A program made the position numbers and the translations under genes. The notes below the pieces were generated by a model. It was not told the origin of the DNA, did not search any database, and saw only the letters and a program-made list of their open reading frames with translations. Positions 1 to 11,155 of a stretch of 64,000 nucleotides of DNA are shown here, in pieces. Source of the DNA: Daphnia carinata (Eukaryota); assembly GCF_022539665.2 (NCBI RefSeq), contig NC_081332.1, positions 3,596,001 through 3,660,000 of the forward strand, read 5' to 3'. Numbering within the stretch: the first letter of the stretch is position 1; each line of letters opens with the position of its first letter.

Positions 1-3000
1 CAAGTGTGACATTTTCTCTTAAATTTTAGGTTTGGTTGAAATGGAGCCAGCAATAAAGACACGATAACAAATGATCGTAAAGACAATGATACAAAAAAAA
101 AGCAAAGAAGACAGCCATTAAAAGGCAACTTCATCATAAAAAATAACAGTTGGGATATTCATTGTATCTGGAAGGAAAGAGTCGACAAAATGAGGCAATG
201 GAATCTGAAGATATTTCCCAATCATGTGTATGTGTATTTTTTTTTTTTTAATTTTTTTTTTTCCTTTTTTTTAATTTTCATTTTTCCTTTTGCCGTACGA
301 CCTATTCATGAGCGCGACTCTCGGAATTTTTTTGACCCAATTGTCATCTGTTAGAATGTAGATATGATTCTTTGGGTTTAGATTAAACATACACAACCAA
401 CCAAAACAAAACAACCGAAAGAGCCAAAAAAAAAAAACAAGAAAAAATTCGAAACTTCGAAAGATGAATCATATGAAGGGTGCGCTAGTGTCGGGCGAAT
501 TGCGTCGGATCTTTTTTTTTTTTAATTTATAATTTTTTTTTTTGAATGCACCTAGAAGACGATACAACGTGCTAGAGGTACTTACGTAGATGGAACTCGA
601 AAAGAGTGTTGGACGTGACCAGCCATATATTGGGTAGGGAAGCTTATATAGACCTCCCCCTTTCCCTTATCCCGAAAATTTGGTTGTCCGTCTTCCAACC
701 CTTCCCTCTTGCATTTGCCTTTGGCATTCTCTTGATTGTTTTCGATTTTGCAAGCAAAACGTGCAAACAAAAAAGTGAGGATCGTTTTCTTTGTCAGATC
801 GAATTTTGTGAATCCATTTTTGCGACATTAGTTTTTTTCCTTCTATCTTTCCCAAGTTAATTTACCCTCTTTGCACCTCCATTTCTCTATTATCTCTTGT
901 TTTTCATTTTTTGATATAAATAACACGAGGTTGACGATGTCATTGGGATTGCTGCGAGCGAATTGTGAATGTAGTTTGTTGGGTGTATTATTATTATCCC
1001 CCTTTCTTTGCCTTGTTACATGCACTTTATCTCTATGGTCTTCTCACTGACTTCTCTTATGCTTCTCCATACGAGTCTTTTTTTTTTTTTGTTGGATGTC
1101 GTCAATTTCGTAAGCGAGATGGGGATACGCATCGTGTAGGCTTATGTTTTGTTTTTTTTCTTCCCCATTTCATTTTTGTCTCGTACCCTTATTTTTTTCT
1201 TAATTTTTTTGGTCCCATAATGCCTTGATCCAATTCCTTTTTTATTTTTGCCTTACAATTTCGTTGAAAGACGGGATCATGAAATCCGTGTTGTATGAAA
1301 ACCGGCTGCTAGACCCTCCCCGCTCCCCCCATTGCTCGTTTTTGCCCTCCTCTATTCAATTTTTTTTTTTCACCTATGATTTGTACCAAGTGGAGGGTTG
1401 AGTAAAATAAAACAAAAATATTGCAATGCCAGGAGGAACTCCCTATTAGGCCGTCTAGGGATGATCTGGAAGTAATCCAAGCAGTGAGGAACACATTCCA
1501 ACGGCGATGATGGTCCAAGCATGGTATTCACGTTTTATGCGTGTTGCTAGCTGCTGAGCCGTTGTCAATGTGCGAAGTAAAATCACGAGCGTTCAATGTT
1601 GCTCCCCTAACAGATGGCGGTAATATTGCGTATCAGGCTTGGTGACCCATTTAACTTGCTGTTTTTGTTTACAGGCATTTTTTCAATTGTTCTATTTCAA
1701 AACGCAGTTAAGTAATGGGCGTATCAGGGGAATATCAGATATTGTTTTCTCCCGCTCCAAGCTCGATCAGCAAATATTAAAAATTCGGGAAGGGCAGAGT
1801 CCCGTGACCGCGACATGCCAAATCAAATGTGGCTGAATCTAGGCAGAAAATGAAGTGTTAAAAATATGTAGGGTTAAAGATCTTGTGGGATGTTATGGCA
1901 CGTTGTTCAATCGCAATTCGTTGCCCCCGGAGACCGGACCACAAGGTGGGTTGGTTATAAATCGATTTACATAAATTGCTTGCTTACTACGTTGTTTTTG
2001 CAGGAGATACCGGTACTGGGTCAAATTCCAGTTTCAAGGCTATGTAAACAACTAATAGAAGTCAATATCGCGTGAAAATGTGGTTACCTGGTTCTGGTTA
2101 TCCAAGCATCCTGGACAAGTATTTATCGCGTCACCAGGTAAAAAGAGAAAAAAAAAAGCTTGCTGTGGAACGCATTGCGAATTTAACTTAACATTTTCAT
2201 TAGGCATTTAGAAAAACAAACATTTCTAATATTGCCATGGCGAAGTGACGTGTGAACGAGTGAAAGTACGACATAGTACCGAACGACGCTGTAGCGTTAC
2301 ATGGTTTCGAAATTTGAAGAGAGGTTCAAGCGCCTTAAAGATGATTTGGCACGAATTCGCGAATATAAATAAATCGTACTGTAGAAGCTTGAAAACCGAG
2401 TTGGCAACTCGTTTGTAGATTGACCGCCCGTAGAAACAAGTATTTCGTGGCATACCGAGACAGACTTTGGAGAGCCAACGTTCGCGCTCTTTTTAAAAAT
2501 TTTAAAAATAGGTCTTTTGAAAAGCCTCACAGGCCATCCTTGAGTCGTTGAAGACAACTAAAAAAAGAAACTCGGGAACTTAACGACGTCTGCAGCATGC
2601 AACGTACCTTTATTCAAGGTAAGAGAAATTTTGTTTTTGAGAGAGGAATATCGGCGTTAAAAACTTTTAGCCTTTGAGTTTAAACTGTTGAACTTGGACT
2701 TGAAAGGATTTGAATACTAGGACATTGCTGGCGAGGTCTTGTGACGTCACAAAGATCGTACGATGGATCAAAACAACACCGAAAGCGAAAGTCTCGATGG
2801 ACCTTACTTGGCCGCCATAAGGCGTCGACGTCTCGACGGGCAAAATTCCTTCCCAGCCGGCAGATATTTTTCAACGGCCTATTTTTTTTTTCATGATGAA
2901 ACTCTTTCTGGTGATTATTTCGTTTCGAAACCAACATTTCGCTACTCTACTTTTTATTTTTATTTTTTACTTATTTCTTAATTTTTCCTTTTAGAAAGCC

Positions 3001-4613
3001 AATAGAAACGTTCCATGCTGTGTCTGCAACTGAGCCGTCACAGTCTAGAAAGATCGAAATGAAACGTGAGCTTGGGCGATTTCGGGAGTAAGTGGTTTCT
3101 ACAAGTCATTTTGGTGAGTCCAAATCGGTATTTATTTTCTGTCAATTTGATGACTATATTAAATGTTCTTGCGTGTTACCGACTTGAAAGACGGATAGAC
3201 GGCCGAATTTTAGCTTTGCGAATGTTCAGATGCTTTTAAAATATTTGCTAATTTTTTTCGGGGGTCCGCTTACCCGTGCGAATGTTAGATATTCCACCAT
3301 CTTATCATTTTTAGAAGGTTTAGCCTTTTGAAAAGCATAATTTCAATGTGCCGTCTTCCGTGCGGCTGTATTTACTCATGCACGTGTCACCCCCATCGTT
3401 TCTTCCACACACGTGGAGGAAATGATTCACGAATTGATCCGTTCTTCGGGAAATGGTGAAAAATGATTGCTGTAGCATCCAGGAAATCGGTTCTTGTCGC
3501 ATTGTTTCCGCTAGTATTTTTCTCCTGTAACGAATTCGAAAACATTTTATTGTATTGTAAAAACAAACAAAAAAATAAGGACACAAAGCCAACCATCCAG
3601 TTTAATTGGCATTGAAATTCTCGTATTTCGCCGAAAGCAACGAAAATCAGTAAAAAAAAATCAGCTGTATTCAGATTTCAGAAGCAGACGATCTTGCCCG
3701 AAACTCGTTGTTGACTGTCTCGTTCTGCCGACGAAAAAGCTAAATCATGGTCACGATCAGAAGTCGTGACCTTCTGCCAGACGAATCCTAAACGGAATAG
3801 ACCAGCCCCTTTCCACCTACCAACCATACGAGAAGCGTCCAATCGCCCGGTTCATTCGTCATTGTTCATTGACGTTTCCCTATGTAGTACTGCACTCAAG
3901 GTAAAACTTGGAAATTATTCCCCATTTTGAAAGCCGAAGGCCTAAGTGAAAGCGTATGAATGATGCATGGAAATTTCCTGTTAGACGATACGGCGTGTGA
4001 ATCCCAGAAAAACCGAGCCGAACTCGAGCCTGTTCCGAGTGGAGTGATCGCGCGATAGAAAGTGAGAAACTCTACTCGTCACGCCCTTTTTTGTTTTTTC
4101 TCTTTTCAAGGTAAACGTTTTAGTGTTTTCTTCCTCCTTAAGAAATCAATGGCACTGTCTTAATAAAATATTTTGCGCATAATATATCTGTGACAGGATT
4201 TGGAGGCCACATCGTCTCGAGAGAATAGCATTACACGTTTTATTCGCAATGCCACGGGCCAACATTCAAACGATCCTAATAGGGGTCGGCTAGATGCCTG
4301 TTGCATCTTTTGGATTGAATACCCTACGACCACGAAGAGAAAAGAGGCCGCAGCTGCTATCAGAATGAAAAAAATAGCCCGCGGAGAACGCGCCACCATG
4401 CGGTTAAGAGAGTACATTGAATTGGTGTGCAGCACGCTCTGCCCGGCGAGCCAAGCCAGTCGGTAACCGAGATTGGGCAGGTGCAGATGCATGAATTTGA
4501 ACAGGACTGAAAAGCGGTCCTATCCTTTTTGGAAACGTCGTTCCCGCCTTATTCATCGGCTCACCGTTGCAGTTGCTAGGGGGATTTTCATCTGATTCGA
4601 AACGTCTAATACC

Positions 4614-7518
4614 ATGCCGCCGCACTCGGAAGTGGAGAGCGATCCTTTCGTGGATGTCAGACTCCGCAGGCGGAAGCGTAGCCGTTCCGTTTCGCCCCGT
4701 CATTTACGGAAGACGTCGGAAACGTACGAACCCAACAACAATCGAAGCAAGTGGTGGCCTAACAAACCTGCGTCTGCGGCCAGCACCAGCAGCAGTCGGA
4801 GCAGTAGCGTGTCGAGCGAGGTGCGTTTGCTAAAGGCTGAATCGAATACTTCGATCGTCGCAACACCAACTCCAACGACTGCGGTCATTCCGCAACCGGT
4901 TGTGGTCAATTTTCACGAAGCCCCAAGTTTTCTCCAGTTCAACCCGTTCATCTATAGAGGCTACCGCACTAATTTGTGCACCGTTACGTGCATTAGAAGG
5001 TAAAGCAAAACCCGACACCACCAAAAAGCATAAAATTTTATTGTTAGCTTCATTTCGCAAAAAAACAAAAACGCGTACGATTCTTTCATGTGTTAAAACG
5101 CATCAATCGCTAATACGCCAATGTTAATGCGCGAAAAGTCACGATGACAGGCAGAATTTTTTTACGTATTTGCTTCTTTCTTTTTTCAAATGCGTCATTT
5201 TGGCTAAACGAAAAACTTTCGCTTTTTCACTCCACATGGCAGTAGTAGTCTTCAAAAACCCGTAGATTGTTTCTTTATTTTTATTATTTTTTTTAGGACA
5301 ATCTCTATATTGAACGTATATCTCAGCCAATGGGTAGAAACTTTCACTTTCGCTTTGGGGTTTTGTCTGGGCCAGAGTTGAACGGCTGCCAGACCACGTG
5401 ACGCGCGATGCAAGGAAATTGTTAAAAACTTCGAAGCAAAACAAAGAAAAATCACATTCTAATTAAAACTACATGCTCACGCATTAACCTTAATGTGATT
5501 TGCCTTTACAAGTGTGTGAGTCTATGCAAGCTGGAAGTAAAAATAGACAGTCTGGTCTGAGTACTCCCCAAAGTGGCGAACAGTTCTGCATCGGGGAACT
5601 TATGAAAGTTATTGATCAACAACGGATACAGTGACAGACGGATTGCAATTTAAACCGTAAAACTCAAAACTTTCTTAACCGGTTGGTTGTATCGTAAACA
5701 TTTTCCAATCGCACAGCAATAAGACGATAGAATGTGAATTTCACAACAATCTGTTAAAAAATGTCCTTTCGTTTTCTGTGTCGTTTTAGCCTGTTTTGGT
5801 GGACAAATGAGACGCTGAATGCTTGGACCCACTTGCTCGGATGGATTTATTTCGCTTACTTCACCGTAGATGAAATCATCCAGCTAGTCAACAGCAGTGG
5901 CCCTTCCACATGGCAAGACAGCGCCATCAGCCTCTTGATAGTTTCCTGTTTCCAGGTTCGTGTGACCAGTTTTTGATCGATCCCTTCGCTTACCAAGTCA
6001 AGCACTAATTATTTGTTATTCTCGTAGATTTGCATGGCCATGTCGACTGGCTATCACACTTTTTGCTGTCACTCGAAAGATTTTTACCATTGTTGGTTGT
6101 CGTATGACCTTTGCGGCATTTCCTTCAGTCTTCTGGCCATTTACACCACAGGAATCTATTACGCCTTCTGGTGTCAAAACGTAAGACACTTGGGATTTTT
6201 TGATCTATTTTATATCCCTTTCACCGTAGGTGTATCTTCCAAGGACTACAGCTTCGATTTTCATTTCCTTGATACCGATTTAAGATGTCCGTCTAGGGAA
6301 CTTAGGACATTACCCCTCCAACGGTCGCTTTATTTTGGTTATCCAAAACCGTTTCTTTATCTATTGCAGTTCATTGAGCACCTGCAAACAAACAAACAAA
6401 CAACACCAACTGATATAGTGTACTGTTATAGCCTAAAGTTAATGGACCATTAAGTTCTTACATTTTAGAAGTGCTACACACCGAAATATGTTGCCATATG
6501 GTGAATGAAATCGAAATCGAAAGTTAAAGTAGGTCAAAGTCACAACATGGCCGTCCTTGAACTATATCAACACCAGTTGGAGTAGATCCGTGTTATGTGT
6601 GTGAAGACAAAAAGAGAAAACGAACGTTGAAGTGGACGATAGCTTTGCATCCGGTATAACAACGGTTCTTATGCCCATCGCTTCAAGATGAAACGATGCT
6701 ACAACAAGAATCAATTATACTTAACGCATCCATTGATGAGACTATTGAAATCAAACTTTTTCTTCTTTTTGCAATTATTCACAGGAAATCAGAACAATCT
6801 ACATCACCATAAGCGGAACCCTATTTGTGGTGGCCTTGGTCCTCCAAACAACACCCAAATTTCTGACGGACGATTACAGCCTCACTCGCTTGATCTTTTT
6901 TGTTTCGTGGAGTTGTTTTGGATTCCTTCCTTGCCTCCACTGGATTTGGCAGAATGGTGGATTTAGTACCCCAAATGTGTTTGTATGTCTTTGACGTCAT
7001 TCTTTATTATTCCACGACTATCAACTAACATTTTTTTATTTCGCAGGATTTGGTTAGCCAGATTGGTATCATGTACCTGATTTGTGGCTTAGCTTTATTC
7101 TTCTATGTCACCAAAGTACCCGAAATTTGGTTCCCAGGTGAGGATATTTGTGCGTATATTGTTTGATTATATTTTCATACTAATTACCGCTTAACATTCC
7201 TTGAAATCAACAGGTTCCGTTGACTTCATTGGCAGTTCACATCAGGTGAGTTGCGAATTTAATCCGGCTTACATTGCTGCCCGATATCAGGATTTAAACA
7301 TTTTATGTGCAAAACTTCCTTCTATTTCCCGTTTTCTTCTGTTGCAGTGGTGGCACGTCATCATTTTTCTGGCTTTCTATCACTGGCAGACAGTCGGCAA
7401 GTATTTTGCCAACATGCGATCCCATCACGGATGCTTTGAGTTTGATCAAATGGCAATGTCGTCTTCATCGGTCTTCAACGTCACAGTCGAAAACGTTCCC
7501 CGTGGCACCATATTTTAG
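4614..7518 (+). CDS. PAQR3: Progestin and adipoQ receptor family member (PAQR3-like), 7 coding exons: 4614-4999, 5790-5955, 6028-6180, 6785-6982, 7047-7137, 7214-7245, 7348-7518
   Basis: The spliced translation contains PAQR/HlyIII motifs: FNPFIYRGYR, SLFWWTNETLNAWTHL, STGYHTFCCH, DLCGI, KVPEIWFPGSVDFIGSSHQWWH. All introns are GT-AG and in phase. AATAAA lies near 7740. Probable non-coding 5' exons upstream (donors near 2619, 3901, 4111). Confidence 0.9.
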
Positions 7519-8016
7519 TGGTCAGATTTATAGGAATATTAGACGCAAGGCTATCCTGTTGTATTGGTAAAACTTGTGTTGTCTGGGATGCAATGGCTCA
7601 AACGTCGATTCGTCGATTCGATTTGTAAATTTGTTGCATTGTCATGATATGTACTTTCATTTTTATTTCACCATTCTTGATCATCGTCGCAGGCCTTATA
7701 ATAATATCTATTGTTCTAAACTCTACACATTTAAAAAGAAATAAAAACAATATTTAAGTAAATTATAATTCTTTACAAAACAGTCAATTGTATTTCTTTG
7801 TTATCAGCTGCAGTTGCAGTTACTTAAAGACAACTTTTCCTCGTGCGTTACAAACTTTATTTCTTTAAATAGGGCGTTAAGAAGGCTCCGTTTGGCAATA
7901 AGAAGACAGAATGTATCAAGCTAGCGCGCCAGTACGCTACAGCGCTAGCGTGACGCACCAAACTTCTTTGGTTATTCAGAAACTATAGACTCTACGTGAA
8001 AAAAATTTCATTATCG

Positions 8017-8024
8017 TGTTCTTT
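8017..8024. repeat. Left 8 bp target-site duplication TGTTCTTT
   Basis: The identical direct repeat TGTTCTTT sits at 8017-8024 and 22187-22194, immediately outside the inverted termini. Confidence 0.9.
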
Positions 8025-8190
8025 ATGGCAATCCGTTTTACATAAAAAAAAAAAAAAAAATGTCGGAAAAAAAAAATCGCACTTTTTTCTTTTTTTCCGA
8101 CACGTAGCCATCTACCGCTCAGACTCGTTATTACTGGCGTAGGTAATTTCAGTCCATTGGATGCCATTCGCAGTTAGTTCAGTAGCGTGG

Positions 8191-9653
8191 ATGGAGAATA
8201 ACCCGTGGCTGGAGGAACATTGAAAAATGGATAAGATAATACAACAAAAGGATGGTAAGTATAAACATTATTATATTGGTTTTCAATTATTAATTATTGT
8301 TCATTAGATCAAATTATGAAGCTGCAGGCCCAGTTATTGGAACAACACAAAATATTAGATAACAACAAAGCTAAGGATCGTAGGCCTAATACGTAATGAT
8401 TCTATTTATTTGCTTTTATTTATTCGTGTTTTGTAGCTCAAATTTTGAGTCTACAAGCTCAGCTAGAGGAAAAGAACAAATTGGAACGGAACAGTTTCCA
8501 AACAGTGAAGGAGGTTTTTCAAAACTCATCCCTAACTGAACGTGAGGATGAGTTGGCATTAGGCGAACACAGATAGTGTACCTAAACTTTTCAAATAAGA
8601 ATTCAAAATAAGTATAGAATTTTAACAAACAATTATTTATTGTTTAGTTATTCAGCCCACCACCTGACAGTGTGTTAAAGTTAAATTCTGTTAGTGCTGC
8701 ACTAAAAGAATTGTTAGTAATAAGTCCATGCAGCGAAGGAAGTGAAGAATTGTGGGACCGTATTTGGGCTGAAAACGGAAACCCAGAAATAGCACGAGTT
8801 CAACATAAAACATGAATTAGGTACTTTTCGGTTTTTGTCTATTGAAAAAGTATTTTAATGCTATTATTTTGCATTCACAGAATTTTAATGGGGGATCAAG
8901 TCAAGTCTGGAAGTGTTACAGGATGGAAGAGTGAGCCTACAGTTGAAAAACACTGAAAGTGCATTACCATTAAGGTATGAGGTAAAGTAATAGAGTATGC
9001 AAATTGTCTAATGAGAAGTACCATCTTATGTGAATGAATCCTGTGTAACAGCAATCCTTTATAGTTCTGTCACAGCTAGAAGCCTCAAATAATTCTGCTT
9101 CTCTTGCTAAAGAACAAGATGTCCTTTACTTTCAGAGTGTTGGTGAAGCTGGGTACTTAAATTGCCCTAAAGATGTTTCATTTCTTTGGCATTGCAGCGA
9201 TGAACATCATACATGGACTTTTTAGGTATGAAAGGAATTTTCTTGAAAATTTTTTGAATTTATGACAAAGCATTTCTCCTGCTTTTTGCCAACCATGTCT
9301 AATCTAAAAAAAAAAATTTATCCAATAGGAAAATTTTCAGCATACTGGGAACACAACTATCAACAATGCAACATCCTAGGGGTGCTATTTTATCATTCAA
9401 GAGCCTTATACAATGATTTTCATCTGCAATTTGTATGGCCTTTCCCAAGCTTCTACCAGAAGTTGAATCTATAACTCATGTAAGTCACATGAGCAACAAT
9501 TGAGATGCTTAATGATGTTGTTTTTCTTTTCTCAGCATAGGTTAATAGTAACATGGATTTAAAAGATTCTTGGTTGGGGCAAGACACATAATAAATTGCA
9601 ATGATTGAATGGATGACATGACATTTCTATACTTATTCTGGATTCCCGAGACG
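8191..9653 (+). pseudogene. Degenerate multi-exon gene remnant of unknown family reading inward from the terminus (mirror copy ~20552-22027, - strand)
   Basis: A run of short exon-like blocks with GT-AG boundaries (GATG|gtaagt, ttag|ATC, tgtag|CTC, cacag|AAT, TAAG|gtatga). They translate to a coiled-coil-like start (QIMKLQAQLLEQ, QILSLQAQLEEKNKLE) with in-frame stops and frameshifts. No homolog recognised. Confidence 0.4.
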
Positions 9654-9689
9654 GTATTTTAAATTTAAAAAATTGAAGTGTATATCTGG

Positions 9690-10015
9690 GCTCCCTTCCT
9701 TTCCGTAGCCCCGTTTCCCCTTGACTCGTAATAAGCCCGTAGGGGGTCATGCCCCTACTGTACGGTATATATAAAAACAACATATACCGAGGTTTGGAGG
9801 GCTCTGGCCGGAAAGGGGACGTGGATGTCCGCTTAGTCCGATGATGTGTTCACGGAGGGCGACGTGGCTACCCACAAATCCGAATTAAAGGTTAATCGCT
9901 CCAGTAAAAATGTTCCAAATCTTCGGCTTTTCTTCCGGCTTCTCTTAGCCAATCACCGGGTAATCTCCCCGGTGGGTCAACAAGGCAGTGTCTCCCCCTG
10001 CCTGGGTTGACGGCA
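9690..10015. other. GC-rich hairpin cluster A in the arm (mirror ~20190-20515)
   Basis: Stems: GTAGGGG/CCCCTAC (9739-9758), CGGTATAT/ATATACCG (9763-9789), CACCGGG/CCCGGTG (9954-9974), GTCAAC-AGGCAG/CTGCCT-GTTGAC (9976-10011), plus CCTTTCCG/CGGAAAGG. Confidence 0.6.
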
Positions 10016-10239
10016 ACTTTTGAAAGGGCTATTGTGCCTTTTTAAAGTTGCAAAAATAATTGTATTATGCAGAGAATTGTCAATAAAAAATTTTTTTAGA
10101 CCTTATTTTTGAAAATATGAATTTGTGATTGACTTGGTGTTTACATGTGCATGATGTTCTCATACTCCTATCTATCGCTAGACTTTTTTCCTACTTAACA
10201 TTTTATTCTGGCCGACGTTACTATTCATTTGACTAGACT

Positions 10240-10307
10240 GGGATTCGGGGATTTGAACCACAGACTTCTTGCATCATCAGCCACCATGCTACTGTTATGC
10301 CATAGCC
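10240..10307 (-). pseudogene. tRNA-derived sequence with Pol III A/B-box-like motifs (mirror ~19898-19965, + strand)
   Basis: The minus strand reads GGCTATGGCATAACAGTAGCATGG...TGTGGTTCAAATCCCCG: A-box-like TGGCATAACAG and B-box GGTTCAAATCC at tRNA spacing. The cloverleaf stems are degraded. Confidence 0.45.
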
Positions 10308-10397
10308 GTCTTGAAAGTATTGTTTAGGATTGTGATATGTATATAGATATGCAATTCACATTAGCTTATTATTGAATGCATATTAGTTGTCTATAAG

Positions 10398-10468
10398 TTC
10401 ATGGTTGGTATAATGGTAAAGCATGTGATAGTCACGCTAGAATATTAGGGTTCGATCCCCATGTCAGT
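10398..10468 (+). pseudogene. tRNA-Asp-like degenerate sequence (mirror ~19737-19807, - strand)
   Basis: GTTGGTATAATGGTAAAGCAT...GTCACGC...GGGTTCGATCCCC resembles eukaryotic tRNA-Asp(GTC) in its A-box, GTCACGC anticodon region and B-box. Acceptor and anticodon stems are not intact. Confidence 0.5.
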
Positions 10469-10618
10469 TAGTGTATAGCTAAATAATAAATACAAAAGTA
10501 AATAATATAAAAACAGTTTTTATTGTCCCTCCTTCCACCCACAATTCCACCACTATTACATACATTTCAAAATACAGTACACAACATACAATACATACAC
10601 AGATACACTTAACTAACA

Positions 10619-10924
10619 CGTTGGCTGCCACGCCACCTATCTACAATCGCTACTGTCGCTATCCTAGGGATAGCGACCAAGGGGGCCGGGTAGGCCGGGC
10701 TGACACGGCGATGAGACCTTTTTGGGAACGCACACCCCCGGTCTCATCAGCCGCATCGAACAAGGGGACTTCCCTATGGTGCGTTGCCTTTGGGCCATTC
10801 GGCCAATCTTGGGCAGTTGCGCTGCTCCACCCCATGGCAGATAGACCATGGAGCAGAACAGCGCGGCCCGTCCCTGTCAAGCTACAAAAAAAAGGGGATC
10901 AAAGGTGGTGGGTGGCAGCCAACG
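10619..10924. other. GC-rich multibranch hairpin cluster B in the arm (mirror ~19281-19586)
   Basis: Closed by a 13 bp inverted repeat CGTTGGCTGCCAC/GTGGCAGCCAACG. Internal stems: GTCGCTATCC-tag-GGATAGCGAC, GATGAGACC/GGTCTCATC, TGCTCC-ATGG/CCAT-GGAGCA. Confidence 0.65.
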
Positions 10925-11011
10925 GGTTAATTGCAAGACATAATACAAAACTAAACAAAACGATACCACGACGATGGGGCGACCACGACGGGGTGATAGG
11001 AGACCTGACCA

Positions 11012-11155
11012 CGAAGCGACGACGGGCGAAGCGACGACGGGACGACGGCCGAAGCGACGACGGGACGACGACCGAAGCGACGACGGGACGACGGACCGAA
11101 GCGACGACGGGACGACGACGCCGAAGCGACGACGGCCCGAAGCGAAGACGACGGG
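11012..11155 (+). repeat. GC-rich minisatellite, ~23 bp unit GAAGCGACGACGGGACGACGGCC (left-arm copy)
   Basis: Tandem units are directly visible and produce the low-complexity RRDDG/EATTG ORFs. Confidence 0.9.

Noticed and set aside
1..2600. Short ORFs and exon-like pieces at the start of the window
   Set aside because: No recognisable protein motif or consistent spliced frame. Looks like UTR/intergenic sequence with homopolymer runs.
8025..8026. Alternative reading: GG...CC termini with a 2 bp AT TSD (ISL2EU-like)
   Set aside because: Cannot be excluded, but it would leave the exact 8 bp TGTTCTTT duplication immediately outside unexplained.
10231..10236. CTAG-T on the minus strand as a Helitron 3' end
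   Set aside because: No clean GC-rich hairpin just upstream, and no matching 5' end identified.
10725..10755. CTGATGAG on the minus strand as a hammerhead ribozyme core
   Set aside because: No GAAA after stem II. The motif is itself paired in the GATGAGACC/GGTCTCATC stem.
11012..11155. Repeat array as CRISPR
   Set aside because: Head-to-tail minisatellite with no unique spacers, in a eukaryotic context with no cas genes.
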